Source: Candidatus Saccharimonadota bacterium (GTDB lineage: Bacteria > Bacteroidota > Bacteroidia > Flavobacteriales > Blattabacteriaceae). From it: DNA of 32,000 nucleotides. The stretch spans positions 240,001-272,000 of the forward strand of contig CP100318.1 in assembly GCA_029851085.1 (NCBI GenBank), written 5' to 3'. The translations under genes were made by a program, and so were the position numbers. Below are positions 1 to 8,669 of the stretch, one piece after another (the stretch's first letter is position 1; every line of letters begins with the position of its first letter). The notes under the pieces are model-generated. The model had not been told where the DNA came from. It worked only from the letters and a program-made list of their open reading frames with translations, and made no database searches.

Positions 1-1
1 T

Positions 2-766
2 AAATTATGGGCACCTAAATTTGCTAAATTAGGAACTATTGTAATTGATAATTCGTCAGCTTGGCGTATGGATGATACTAAAAAACTTATTATTCCTGAA
101 ATAAATGCTAATATTTTAGATAAAAATGATAAAATTATTGCTAATCCCAATTGTTCAACAATACAATTAGTTATGGTATTAGCTCCATTACATAATTATT
201 ATGGTATAAAACGTATTATTATATCTACTTATCAATCAGTAACAGGAACAGGAAAAAAAGCTGTAGATCAATTGAAAGGTGAATCATGCAAAATACCTGT
301 AAAAAAAATTTATCCACATCCTATTTATAATAATGTATTACCTCATTGTGATAAATTTGAAAAATCTGGATATACTAAAGAAGAAATGAAACTTATGCAA
401 GAACCTAAAAAAATATTATCTGATAATAATATTGCTATAACTGCTACTGCAGTACGTGTTCCAGTTTTAGGTGGACATTCTGAAAGTGTAAATATTAGTT
501 TTGTTAAAAAAATAAGTTATAATAAAATATTGAAAATATTAAATAACACATCAGGTATAATTATTCAAGATTGTAAAGAAAAAAATTTATATCCTATGCC
601 TTTATATGTTAAAGGTAAAGATGAAGTATTTGTTGGACGTATTAGAAAAGATTTATCACATTATAATTCAATACAATTATGGATTGTAGCTGATAATTTA
701 CGTAAAGGAGCTGCTACTAATGCTATACAAATAGCAGAATATTTAATAAAAATGAATTTAATTTAA
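2..766 (+). CDS. asd: aspartate-semialdehyde dehydrogenase, 5'-truncated by the window edge
   Basis: The frame is open from position 2 (KLWAPKFAKLGTIVIDNSSAWRMDD...). It continues with NCSTIQLVMVLAPLH...STYQSVTGTGKKAVDQL and AVRVPVLGGHSESV, which are typical Asd motifs. Stop TAA at 764-766. Confidence 0.9.
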   Translation, partial: KLWAPKFAKLGTIVIDNSSAWRMDDTKKLIIPEINANILDKNDKIIANPNCSTIQLVMVLAPLHNYYGIKRIIISTYQSVTGTGKKAVDQLKGESCKIPVKKIYPHPIYNNVLPHCDKFEKSGYTKEEMKLMQEPKKILSDNNIAITATAVRVPVLGGHSESVNISFVKKISYNKILKILNNTSGIIIQDCKEKNLYPMPLYVKGKDEVFVGRIRKDLSHYNSIQLWIVADNLRKGAATNAIQIAEYLIKMNLI

Positions 767-792
767 AAAATATAAATTATTTTAATATTTAA

Positions 793-1587
793 ATGAAAAA
801 TGAAAGTATAATATCTAATTCTAAAATTAAAACATTATTAGCACTTCAAAAAAAATCTAAAATACGTAATGATAAAAAAATTTTTCTTGTAGAAGGTATT
901 AAAGAAATAAAAATGGCTATTAATGGAGGATATATACCTGAAGAAGCTTTTATATGTATAGAATTATATTCTAATAATAATAAAGAATTTTTAAATTTTT
1001 TTAAAAAAAAAACTTTTATTAGTTTAAAAGTATTTACAAAATTAGTATATCGTGATAATAGTGGTGGTATTATTGTTATTTTTAAACAAAAAAAATTTTG
1101 TACTTTGGAACAAATACAATTATCATCTAATCCACTTATTCTAATTATAGAAAAAATTGAAAAACCTGGTAATATAGGAGCAATTTTTCGTACAGCTGAT
1201 GCAGCATCTGTTGATATAGTAATTTTAGATAAAAAAATAGATTTATATAATCCTAATATAATACGATCAAGTTTAGGCAGTGTATTTATTATAAATAAAA
1301 TAAAAGAATCATTTAATAAAATATTTTGTTGGTTGAAAAACAAAAATATAAAAATAATAGCTACTTGTTTAAAACAAGATGCAAAAAATATATATAAAAT
1401 TGATTTATCAACATCAATAGCTATAATAATAGGAAATGAAACTATTGGACTTTCAAAAAAATGGTTAAAAAATGCTAATAAAATTGTTAAAATTCCAATG
1501 TATGGAACTGTTGATTCACTTAATGTAAGTAATGCTGCAGCTATTATAATTTTTGAAGCTATTAGACAACGTTTTTTTAAAGAATAA
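793..1587 (+). CDS. TrmH/SpoU-family RNA 2'-O-methyltransferase
   Basis: 264 aa ORF. SpoU-type motifs are present: KPGNIGAIFRTADAASV, IIIGNETIGLS and IPMYGTVDSLNVSNAAAIIIFE. Confidence 0.8.
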   Translation: MKNESIISNSKIKTLLALQKKSKIRNDKKIFLVEGIKEIKMAINGGYIPEEAFICIELYSNNNKEFLNFFKKKTFISLKVFTKLVYRDNSGGIIVIFKQKKFCTLEQIQLSSNPLILIIEKIEKPGNIGAIFRTADAASVDIVILDKKIDLYNPNIIRSSLGSVFIINKIKESFNKIFCWLKNKNIKIIATCLKQDAKNIYKIDLSTSIAIIIGNETIGLSKKWLKNANKIVKIPMYGTVDSLNVSNAAAIIIFEAIRQRFFKE

Positions 1588-1594
1588 AATTATT

Positions 1595-2085
1595 TCAGAA
1601 TTTTATTCTTTTATATCCGTAATCAATTTTTAAATATTTAGTTTTAATAAACTGTTTAGCTAACATATCACAATATTTATTATATAATAAATAATGTCCT
1701 TTAATCCATTGAAATAAAATTAATGTATGTTTTCTATAAATAATTAATAAACGTTTCCATAGATCAGAATTTTTTTTTTATTAAAATTATTTTTTTCCCA
1801 AGAAAAAACCCATTTTTTTTCTATAGCATTAACTATATATTTTGAATCTGTAAAAATAATAATTTTTTTGTTATTTGTATTTATTTTTATATTTTCTAAT
1901 GCTAAAATAACGGCGGTTAATTCCATTCTATTATTGGTTGTATAATTGAATCCTCCTGAAATTTTTTTCACATAAGAATTACCAAAATTATTATATAATA
2001 TAATTATACCATATCCTCCTGGTCCTGGATTTCCATGTGATGAGCCATCAGTATATACATGTATTTCATTTTTTTTTATATTCAT
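1595..2085 (-). pseudogene. rnhA: ribonuclease HI, with the reading frame broken at an A10 tract (T10 on the + strand at 1770-1779)
   Basis: The N-terminal 113 aa ORF (1744-2085) has YTDGSSHGNPGPGGYG, NNRMELTAV and IFTDSKY. My hand translation of 1595-1769 in the frame reached by adding one A gives NSDLWKRLLIIYRKHTLILFQWIKGHYLLYNKYCDMLAKQ..., the conserved RNase HI C-terminus with the KGH and CD.LA catalytic region. It ends at TGA 1595-1597. Confidence 0.8.
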
Positions 2086-2092
2086 ATTCTAT

Positions 2093-2779
2093 TTAATTTC
2101 TATTTAATAAATTTTTTTTATAAACTAATGAAACGATAAATACACTTATTTGATATAAAAATATAATAGGAATTATTGCAACAATTGTATTTATAATATC
2201 TCCTGGAGTTATTGCAGAAGCAATAATTAAAATTATTAAAATTGCATGTTTTTTATAATTATGTAATAATTGAGGTGTTATTACTCCTAATTTTGTTAAT
2301 ACAAATGCAAAAATAGGAAATAAAAATACTATTCCCATATATAATGTAGATTTTATAATTGTAGAAATATAATCACATAAATCAAATACATTTTGTGGAA
2401 TATCACTAATTTTAAAATTATCACCAAATTGTATTATCATAGGAGATAATAAAAAATATCCAAAAAGAATTCCTAAACTAAATAAAACATAAGAACTAAT
2501 AATAATTAGTCTATAAAATTTTTGTTCTTTTATTGTAAGTCCTGGTTTAATAAATTTCCATAATTCATAACAAATATATGGAAATGATATAATAAAACCT
2601 CCAATTAGACAGACAAACATATATATATTAAATTGACCTAAAATTTTTCTATTTATTATTTTAATATTTTGTGAAAAATTTTTAGTATTATTAATTTTAT
2701 TAATAATACGATATGTAATAAAATTATTTTTAATTGGTCCAAAAATAATTTTATCAAAAATTATTTCTTTATTAAACAT
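2093..2779 (-). CDS. tatC: twin-arginine translocase subunit TatC; the conserved N-terminus lies upstream in another frame (see finding)
   Basis: 228 aa polytopic membrane ORF of the TatC type (FISFPYICYELWKFIKPGL, LFPIFAFVLTKLGVI). In frame upstream there is no ATG, GTG or TTG, yet it reads ISFISHIKILRQHIIRSL, the TatC N-terminal helix. An ATG at 2886-2884 becomes in frame only if the A10 tract (2863-2872) is A11. Confidence 0.85.
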   Translation of the reverse strand: MFNKEIIFDKIIFGPIKNNFITYRIINKINNTKNFSQNIKIINRKILGQFNIYMFVCLIGGFIISFPYICYELWKFIKPGLTIKEQKFYRLIIISSYVLFSLGILFGYFLLSPMIIQFGDNFKISDIPQNVFDLCDYISTIIKSTLYMGIVFLFPIFAFVLTKLGVITPQLLHNYKKHAILIILIIASAITPGDIINTIVAIIPIIFLYQISVFIVSLVYKKNLLNRN

Positions 2780-2955
2780 TAAAATTATTACTAATAAAAT
2801 TATACTACATAAACTTCGAATAATATGTTGTCTTAATATTTTAATATGACTTATAAAAGATATTTTTTTTTTGAATTTATAATCATAATAATTAATACAT
2901 ATGTATAATTTATATATATTTATATATAAATTTATTTATTTTTTATTTCATAAAA

Positions 2956-3957
2956 ATGAAATGTGGAATAATTGGATTACCTAATGTTGGTAAATCCACT
3001 ATTTTTAATTGTATATCAAATTTTAAAGTTCCATCATATAATTTTCCATTTTGTACCATTAAACCTAATATAAGTAGTGTTAAAGTACCTGATAAACGAT
3101 TAAATAAATTAAAATTAATAATTAATCCTAAAAAAGTAGTTCATGCTGTATTAGAAATTTTAGATATTGCTGGTTTAGTTAAAGGTGCTCATAAAGGAGA
3201 AGGATTAGGAAATCAATTTTTAGCTAATATACGTGAAACACAAGTTATTATTCATGTATTACGTTGTTTTAAAGATGAAAATATAATTCATGTAGAAGGT
3301 AATGTTAATCCTATAAGAGATAAAGAAATAATTGATTTGGAATTACAACTAAAAGATATAGAAACATTGGAAAAATATATTAAAAAATATAATAATGATA
3401 ATAATATTATAGATTTATTAAAGTTAATATTAAAAAATTTAAATATAGGTAAAAATATTAGAAATATTCCATTATCAAATAATGAATTTAAAATATTAAA
3501 TAATAATAATATACAATTATTAACCTCTAAACCTATAATATATCTTTGTAATACAGATAAATCAAATATAAATATTGATTTAATTAAAAAATTAGAAGAA
3601 GAAAAGACACCAATTTTAATATTAAATGCTAAATCATCCAATATTGATTCTAATGATGTAATAACTAAATTAATTAATTCTATTTATTTTTTATTAGATG
3701 TTAAAACATTTTTTACTGTTGGAAAAAAAGAAATACGTGCTTGGACTATTGATAAATGTTGTACAGCTTTGGCAGCTTCTTCAGTAATTCATACTGAATT
3801 TAAAAAATGTTTTATTCGTGCTGAAATTATACATTATGATGATTTTATTAAATATGGTTCTTATAGTAAAGCAAAAGAAGTAGGTAAAGTATATTTAGAA
3901 GGAAAAAATTATTTAATACAAGATGGTGATATTATTCATTTTAAACATAATGCATAA
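2956..3957 (+). CDS. ychF: ribosome-binding ATPase YchF
   Basis: GIIGLPNVGKSTIFN P-loop, DIAGLVKGAHKGEGLGNQFLANIRE, and a C-terminal TGS-like segment (IRAWTI...FIRAEII...GDIIHFKHN). Confidence 0.9.
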   Translation: MKCGIIGLPNVGKSTIFNCISNFKVPSYNFPFCTIKPNISSVKVPDKRLNKLKLIINPKKVVHAVLEILDIAGLVKGAHKGEGLGNQFLANIRETQVIIHVLRCFKDENIIHVEGNVNPIRDKEIIDLELQLKDIETLEKYIKKYNNDNNIIDLLKLILKNLNIGKNIRNIPLSNNEFKILNNNNIQLLTSKPIIYLCNTDKSNINIDLIKKLEEEKTPILILNAKSSNIDSNDVITKLINSIYFLLDVKTFFTVGKKEIRAWTIDKCCTALAASSVIHTEFKKCFIRAEIIHYDDFIKYGSYSKAKEVGKVYLEGKNYLIQDGDIIHFKHNA

Positions 3958-3959
3958 TT

Positions 3960-4391
3960 ATGAATAAAATTAATATACTTAATAAAAAAATTTCATATAA
4001 ATATAATTTATATGATGAATATATTGCAGGGATACAATTATTAGGAACTGAAATTAAATCTATTAGACAATATAAAGTAAGTATAACTGAAAGTTATTGT
4101 CAAATAAAAAATGAAGAATTATATATAATTAATATGCATATATCAGAATATAAATTTGGTACGTATCTGAATCATGAACCTAAAAGAGAAAGAAAATTAC
4201 TTTTACAAAAAAAAGAATTATTAAGATTAAAACGAAAATTAAAAAATACAGGAATGACTATTATTCCTTATAAATTATTTTTAAATAAAAAAGGGTTTGC
4301 AAAATTGCAAATTTTTTTAGCAAAAGGAAAAAAAATTTATGATAAACGAAAATTTATCCAAGAAAAAGAATTTAAAAGAAATATTTATTAA
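3960..4391 (+). CDS. smpB: SsrA (tmRNA)-binding protein SmpB
   Basis: 143 aa with YEAGIQLLGTEIKSIR-like and ERKLLLQKKEL motifs. It starts 2 nt after the ychF stop. Confidence 0.9.
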   Translation: MNKINILNKKISYKYNLYDEYIAGIQLLGTEIKSIRQYKVSITESYCQIKNEELYIINMHISEYKFGTYLNHEPKRERKLLLQKKELLRLKRKLKNTGMTIIPYKLFLNKKGFAKLQIFLAKGKKIYDKRKFIQEKEFKRNIY

Positions 4392-4464
4392 CTAATTATT
4401 CCCCAATTTGAATAAATTCAAAAAATTTAATAATATATGATTATATATCATAATAAATTTTTAT

Positions 4465-5715
4465 ATGAATAAAATAATATTATCAATTATATTATCTATA
4501 TCATTGTTAAATATAGGGGTATTACATTCTAATGATTCTTATAAATCAAGAAAAATTTTTAATATTCCAGAAAAAAATAATTTTAATGATGATAAATTAG
4601 ATAATAAAAAATCTAATGATGATTCATCTAATAATAATGATAAATTAAATGATGATAAAAAATCAAATGAAAATTCATTAAATGATGATAAATTCAATGA
4701 AAAAGAATCAAATTTATATAATGTATATGAATCACATAAAGTTAATTTATCAAATGAAGATTTAAAAAAAATTAACGATAATTTAGATTATTTAATATCT
4801 AATAAATCCAAATATGATTTTATCAAAAAAATGTGGTTTTATTTCAAATTTAAAACAAATAATTTTTTATCAATTTTTAAAAAAAATCATAACAAAATAA
4901 TTTCTAAAAAAGAAAAATTTAATTTTCAATTAAATAAAAATTTTGATATAGTTCCTATAAATAATAATACTTTAAATATAAAGGATAAAACATTAAATAA
5001 AAAGAATGAAACATTAAAAAAAGTAAATAATATAAATGTAAATAATGAAACTTTCAATTTAAATGATAAAACATTAGATACAAATAATGAAACATTAATT
5101 AAAAAAATCAATAATATAAATGATAAATACAAAGAATACAAATTAAATAAAAAAGAATTTGATTCAATGTCAGAAATAAATGAAAATTTTGATTTTAATA
5201 ATTTTTTTAATGATTATTCTGAATATTTTAATCAAAAAAAACCAATAATAGAATCTTATAAAGATTTAAAAGTTGAAAATATCAATCAATATACTTTAGA
5301 TCCTAATGATGAATATATGTTTATGGATTATGAATCAAAAATAAATTCATATTATGATGATTTTGAAAAAGAAGAAAATTCTTTTTATGAAAATAAAAAA
5401 TATGATAATAAATCAAAAAATTATGATCTTTCTGATATAAATGATGATATAATAAATAATGATTTTTTTGAAAAATTACGTAAAGAATATGAAGAAGAAA
5501 AATATCATGAAAATGATATAGATATGGAAAGTTATAAAGAATATGAAAAAAAGGAAATAAATGAACAAAATGAAGAAAATCAACCTTGTTGTTGTGTACC
5601 AAAATTTTTTATAAAATTAATTGAATTAATAAATGAAAGAGATGATTTTTATAAAAAACAAGAAAAAAATATGATTGAACAATATAAAAAAAATAATGTT
5701 GTTGTTATCAAATAA
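4465..5715 (+). CDS. hypothetical secreted protein: N/D/K-rich, low complexity, with internal repeats
   Basis: 416-codon ORF in DNA where stop codons are very frequent. The N-terminal hydrophobic segment MNKIILSIILSISLLNIGVLHS resembles a signal peptide. I recognise no family. Confidence 0.6.
   Translation: MNKIILSIILSISLLNIGVLHSNDSYKSRKIFNIPEKNNFNDDKLDNKKSNDDSSNNNDKLNDDKKSNENSLNDDKFNEKESNLYNVYESHKVNLSNEDLKKINDNLDYLISNKSKYDFIKKMWFYFKFKTNNFLSIFKKNHNKIISKKEKFNFQLNKNFDIVPINNNTLNIKDKTLNKKNETLKKVNNINVNNETFNLNDKTLDTNNETLIKKINNINDKYKEYKLNKKEFDSMSEINENFDFNNFFNDYSEYFNQKKPIIESYKDLKVENINQYTLDPNDEYMFMDYESKINSYYDDFEKEENSFYENKKYDNKSKNYDLSDINDDIINNDFFEKLRKEYEEEKYHENDIDMESYKEYEKKEINEQNEENQPCCCVPKFFIKLIELINERDDFYKKQEKNMIEQYKKNNVVVIK
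4960..5121 (+). repeat. imperfect tandem duplication of a 27-codon (81 bp) unit inside the orphan ORF
   Basis: Unit 1 (4960-5040) encodes NNNTLNIKDKTLNKKNETLKKVNNINV. Unit 2 (5041-5121) encodes NNETFNLNDKTLDTNNETLIKKINNIN. Both are in frame and clearly alignable at the DNA level. Confidence 0.8.
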
Positions 5716-5803
5716 TAATTTAATTAAAAATTAAATTAATCGTAATATATACGATATATATCGTTTATATAGCAAAATATCATTTTTTAAAATGAAAAAA
5801 AAA

Positions 5804-5835
5804 TTAAGGATTAAAAAATCCTTAATTTTTTTTTT
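5804..5835 (+). terminator. rho-independent terminator-like hairpin
   Basis: Stem ttaaggat (5804-5811) pairs with atccttaa (5818-5825) around a 6-nt loop. It is followed by T10 (5826-5835) and preceded by A9, so it could act in both directions. Confidence 0.65.
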
Positions 5836-5842
5836 ATTAATT

Positions 5843-5917
5843 GGACATTTAGCTCAGTTGGTTTAGAGCATTACTTTGACAGAGTAAAGGTCATCGGTTC
5901 AAATCCGATAATGTCCA
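5843..5917 (+). tRNA. tRNA-Val (anticodon GAC)
   Basis: The cloverleaf folds by hand: acceptor ggacatt/aatgtcc, anticodon stem ttact/agtaa with loop ttGACag, and T-arm atcgg-ttcaaat-ccgat. No encoded CCA. Confidence 0.9.
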
Positions 5918-5922
5918 CTAAG

Positions 5923-5997
5923 TGGTCACGGCAGGATTCGAACCTGCAACCAACTGCTTAGAAGGCAGTTGCTCTATCCTTATTGAGCTACGTAACC
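5923..5997 (-). tRNA. tRNA-Arg (anticodon TCT)
   Basis: On the reverse complement: acceptor ggttacg/cgtgacc, anticodon stem actgc/gcagt with loop ctTCTaa, and T-arm gcagg-ttcgaat-cctgc. Confidence 0.9.
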
Positions 5998-6022
5998 GAT
6001 ATTATAAATGTCGTAAGTAATG

Positions 6023-6097
6023 TCGGGGTGGTAGGATTTGAACCTACGATTTCCTGGTCCCAAACCAGGCGCGATAACCGGACTACGCTACACCCCG
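6023..6097 (-). tRNA. tRNA-Pro (anticodon TGG)
   Basis: On the reverse complement: acceptor cggggtg/caccccg, anticodon stem cctgg/ccagg with loop ttTGGga, and T-arm gtagg-ttcaaat-cctac. Confidence 0.9.
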
Positions 6098-6103
6098 TTT
6101 TAG

Positions 6104-6189
6104 CGGAGAGTGTGGGATTCGAACCCACGCAGTATATATATTACTGACAGTTTAGCAAACTGTTCCGTTAACCACTCCGGCAACTCTCC
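6104..6189 (-). tRNA. tRNA-Ser (anticodon GCT), class II with a long variable arm
   Basis: On the reverse complement: acceptor ggagagt/actctcc, anticodon stem acagt/actgt with loop ttGCTaa, variable arm cagta-atatat(a)-tactg, and T-arm gtggg-ttcgaat-cccac. Confidence 0.9.
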
Positions 6190-6219
6190 TTAATTCATAA
6201 TATAAATAATAAATTTATA

Positions 6220-7245
6220 ATGAATAATAAAATTATATTGGGTATTGAATCATCATGTGATGAAACATCTGCAGCTTTAATTAAAAATAATAAAATATTA
6301 TCTCATATAATATTATCCCAAGATATTCATAAAATATATGGTGGAGTAGTTCCTGAATTAGCTTCTAGATCCCATCAAATAAATATTATTCCAATAATAA
6401 ATAAAACAATATTATTAGCTAATATTGATAAAAATGAAATCAATGCTGTAGCTTTTACTAGGGGACCTGGTCTTATGGGATCTTTATTGGTTGGAGCATC
6501 TTTTGCAAAATCTGTTGCAATATCTTTAGGAATTCCTATAATAGGAATTCATCATGTACAAGCACATATTTTAGCACATTTTATAAACGGTATTCATAAT
6601 AATCCACCTAAATTTCCTTTTTTATGTTTAACAGTAAGTGGTGGACATACAAAACTTGTAAAAGTTAATGATTTTTTTGAAATGACTGTTTTGGGTGATA
6701 CTATTGATGATACAGCTGGAGAAGCTTTTGATAAAATAGCTAGAATATGTGGATTAGGTTATCCTGGAGGACAATTAATTAATAATTATGCTAGTAAAGG
6801 TAACAAAAAAAAATTTTGTTTTTCAAAACCGAAAGTTTCAGGATTAAATTTTAGTTTTAGTGGATTAAAAACAAATATATTATATTTTTTAGAAAAAAAA
6901 ATAAAAAAAGATTTGAATTTTATAAAAAAAAATATATATGATATATGTGCCTCTTTACAACAAACTATTATAGAAATTTTATTAGAAAAAATAAAATTAG
7001 CTTCCTTAAATTTTAAAATTAATAGAATAGTATTAGCTGGAGGAGTTTCATCTAATACTGAATTACGAAAACAATTTATTCAAACTGCTGTAAAAGAACA
7101 TTGGACACCATATATTCTTCCTGTTGAATATACTAAAGATAATGCAGCAATGATAGCTATGGTAGGTCAATTAAAATATGAACGTAAATTATTTGATTCT
7201 TTAAATGTTACCCCTTGTGCTATATATGATTTAAAATCAATATGA
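6220..7245 (+). CDS. tsaD: tRNA N6-adenosine threonylcarbamoyltransferase TsaD
   Basis: ILGIESSCDETSAA, HHVQAHI, SGGHT, LGYPGG and VLAGGVSSN motifs. 341 aa, TGA stop. Confidence 0.92.
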   Translation: MNNKIILGIESSCDETSAALIKNNKILSHIILSQDIHKIYGGVVPELASRSHQINIIPIINKTILLANIDKNEINAVAFTRGPGLMGSLLVGASFAKSVAISLGIPIIGIHHVQAHILAHFINGIHNNPPKFPFLCLTVSGGHTKLVKVNDFFEMTVLGDTIDDTAGEAFDKIARICGLGYPGGQLINNYASKGNKKKFCFSKPKVSGLNFSFSGLKTNILYFLEKKIKKDLNFIKKNIYDICASLQQTIIEILLEKIKLASLNFKINRIVLAGGVSSNTELRKQFIQTAVKEHWTPYILPVEYTKDNAAMIAMVGQLKYERKLFDSLNVTPCAIYDLKSI

Positions 7246-7269
7246 GGAATTCTTAGTTTAAAAAAGAGT

Positions 7270-7512
7270 TTATTTTTTATATTTTTTAAAAAATTTTTCT
7301 ATTCTACCTGCTGTATCTACATATTTCATTTTTCCAGTAAAAAAAGGATGAGAATAACTAGAAATATCAAGTTTATACAAAGGATATTCTATATTATTTA
7401 TTTTTATAGTAGATTTAGTTTGAATTGTAGATCTGCATATAAAAGTATTATTATTGCTAATATCTTTAAACACTACAATTCTGTAATTTTTAGGATGTAT
7501 ATTTTTTTTCAT
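7270..7512 (-). CDS. rpmE: 50S ribosomal protein L31, type B (no CxxC zinc motif)
   Basis: MKKNIHPKNYRIVVFKD...SSYSHPFFTGK...VDTAGRIEKF. The ORF track starts 5 codons further upstream (7527). I prefer the second ATG (7512-7510), which gives the canonical MKK.IHP N-terminus. Confidence 0.88.
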   Translation of the reverse strand: MKKNIHPKNYRIVVFKDISNNNTFICRSTIQTKSTIKINNIEYPLYKLDISSYSHPFFTGKMKYVDTAGRIEKFFKKYKK

Positions 7513-7638
7513 TTTTTTTTTATACAAAGTTTATATAATATTATGTAAATTTTATTTTAAAAACATATTCATATTTTCCATATATATAAGCAGCAAAAGT
7601 AGAAAAGTATTATATTATTAAATAAATTATTAATTTTT

Positions 7639-8373
7639 GTGTTAAAAAATACAAATATAACACCGTATGACAATACATCTTTAACTAAACAAGAACAAAT
7701 AGAACATATGTTTAATTCTATTTCACAGAATTATGATATAATTAATCGTGTTATATCTTTTAGAATTGATGTTTTATGGCGTAAAAAAGTTGTAAACATA
7801 GTACAGAAATTTTATCACAAAAAAATATTAGATTTAGCTACAGGTACTGGAGATTTGGCTATAATGTTAGCTAAATATTTACAAGATGCTAATATTGTAG
7901 GTTTAGATATTTCTTCTGAAATGTTAAAAATATGTAGAAAAAAAATTTTAAATAAAGGGTTACAAAATCGTATAAAAATATATAAAGGTAATTCTAATAA
8001 TATTCATTTTAATAATGAATCATTTGATATAATAACTATAGCTTTTGGTATACGCAATTTAGAATTTATTAATCAAAGTTTAAAAGAAATGTTTAGAGTG
8101 TTAAAAACTGGAGGTAAATTGATTATTTTAGAATTTTCTAGACCAAAAAATAGTATTATAAGATTTTTATATAAAAAATATTTTTATTATATAATGTGTA
8201 TTGGAAATATTATTTCTAATAATAAATTAGCTTATAAATATTTATATAAATCTATACAAAATTTTGGATATGATGGTTATATGGAAAGTTTACTGAGTAA
8301 ATGTGGATTTTTAAATTTAAATACGTTACCGTTAACTTTTGGAATTGTTTCTATATATTTAGCTGAAAAATAA
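7639..8373 (+). CDS. ubiE: demethylmenaquinone/ubiquinone C-methyltransferase (UbiE/MenG family)
   Basis: MFNSISQNYDIINRVISFRIDVLWRKK and the SAM-binding motif LDLATGTGDLA. GTG start. Confidence 0.88.
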   Translation: MLKNTNITPYDNTSLTKQEQIEHMFNSISQNYDIINRVISFRIDVLWRKKVVNIVQKFYHKKILDLATGTGDLAIMLAKYLQDANIVGLDISSEMLKICRKKILNKGLQNRIKIYKGNSNNIHFNNESFDIITIAFGIRNLEFINQSLKEMFRVLKTGGKLIILEFSRPKNSIIRFLYKKYFYYIMCIGNIISNNKLAYKYLYKSIQNFGYDGYMESLLSKCGFLNLNTLPLTFGIVSIYLAEK

Positions 8374-8394
8374 TTTATTAATACAATTATCAAA

Positions 8395-8664
8395 ATGAAT
8401 TTAACAAAAGAAAAAAAAGAAGAAATATATGAAAAATATGGTATTTCTAAATCAGATACCGGTTCAATAAAAGTACAAATAGCAATATTAACTTATCGTA
8501 TAAGTTATTTAAGTGAACATCTTAAAAAGAATAAAAAAGATTTTAATAGTGAAAGATCGTTAGTCCAATTAGTTTGCAAAAGAAAAAGATTACTTAAATA
8601 TATTGAAAATATAAGTTTTTATCTTTATAAAGAAATTATAAATGAATTAGGAATTAGAAAATAA
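8395..8664 (+). CDS. rpsO: 30S ribosomal protein S15
   Basis: 89 aa with DTGSIKVQIAILTYRISYLSEHLKKNKKD. Confidence 0.93.
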   Translation: MNLTKEKKEEIYEKYGISKSDTGSIKVQIAILTYRISYLSEHLKKNKKDFNSERSLVQLVCKRKRLLKYIENISFYLYKEIINELGIRK

Positions 8665-8669
8665 TAAGT

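Noticed and set aside
846-1343. A 165 aa ORF antisense to the TrmH-family gene. Similar antisense ORFs lie at 3288-3641, 4926-5141, 5321-5602, 7348-7548, 8996-9304, 11279-11461, 13455-13664, 15519-15872, 25236-25577, 28452-28649, 29014-29202 and 30792-31010.
   Set aside because: All lie entirely inside, and opposite to, ORFs with clear conserved-family signatures. Their products are I/F/L/S/N-rich low-complexity strings with no recognisable motifs. They are shadow ORFs.
5717-5737. A 9-bp perfect inverted repeat (aatttaatt-aaa-aattaaatt) right after the stop of the orphan ORF. Also a 12-bp palindrome, atacatatgtat, at 2895-2906 between tatC and ychF.
   Set aside because: The first is A/T-only pairing with negligible stability, and the convincing terminator is the G/C-containing hairpin at 5804-5835. 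The second is short and has no second copy or supporting context.
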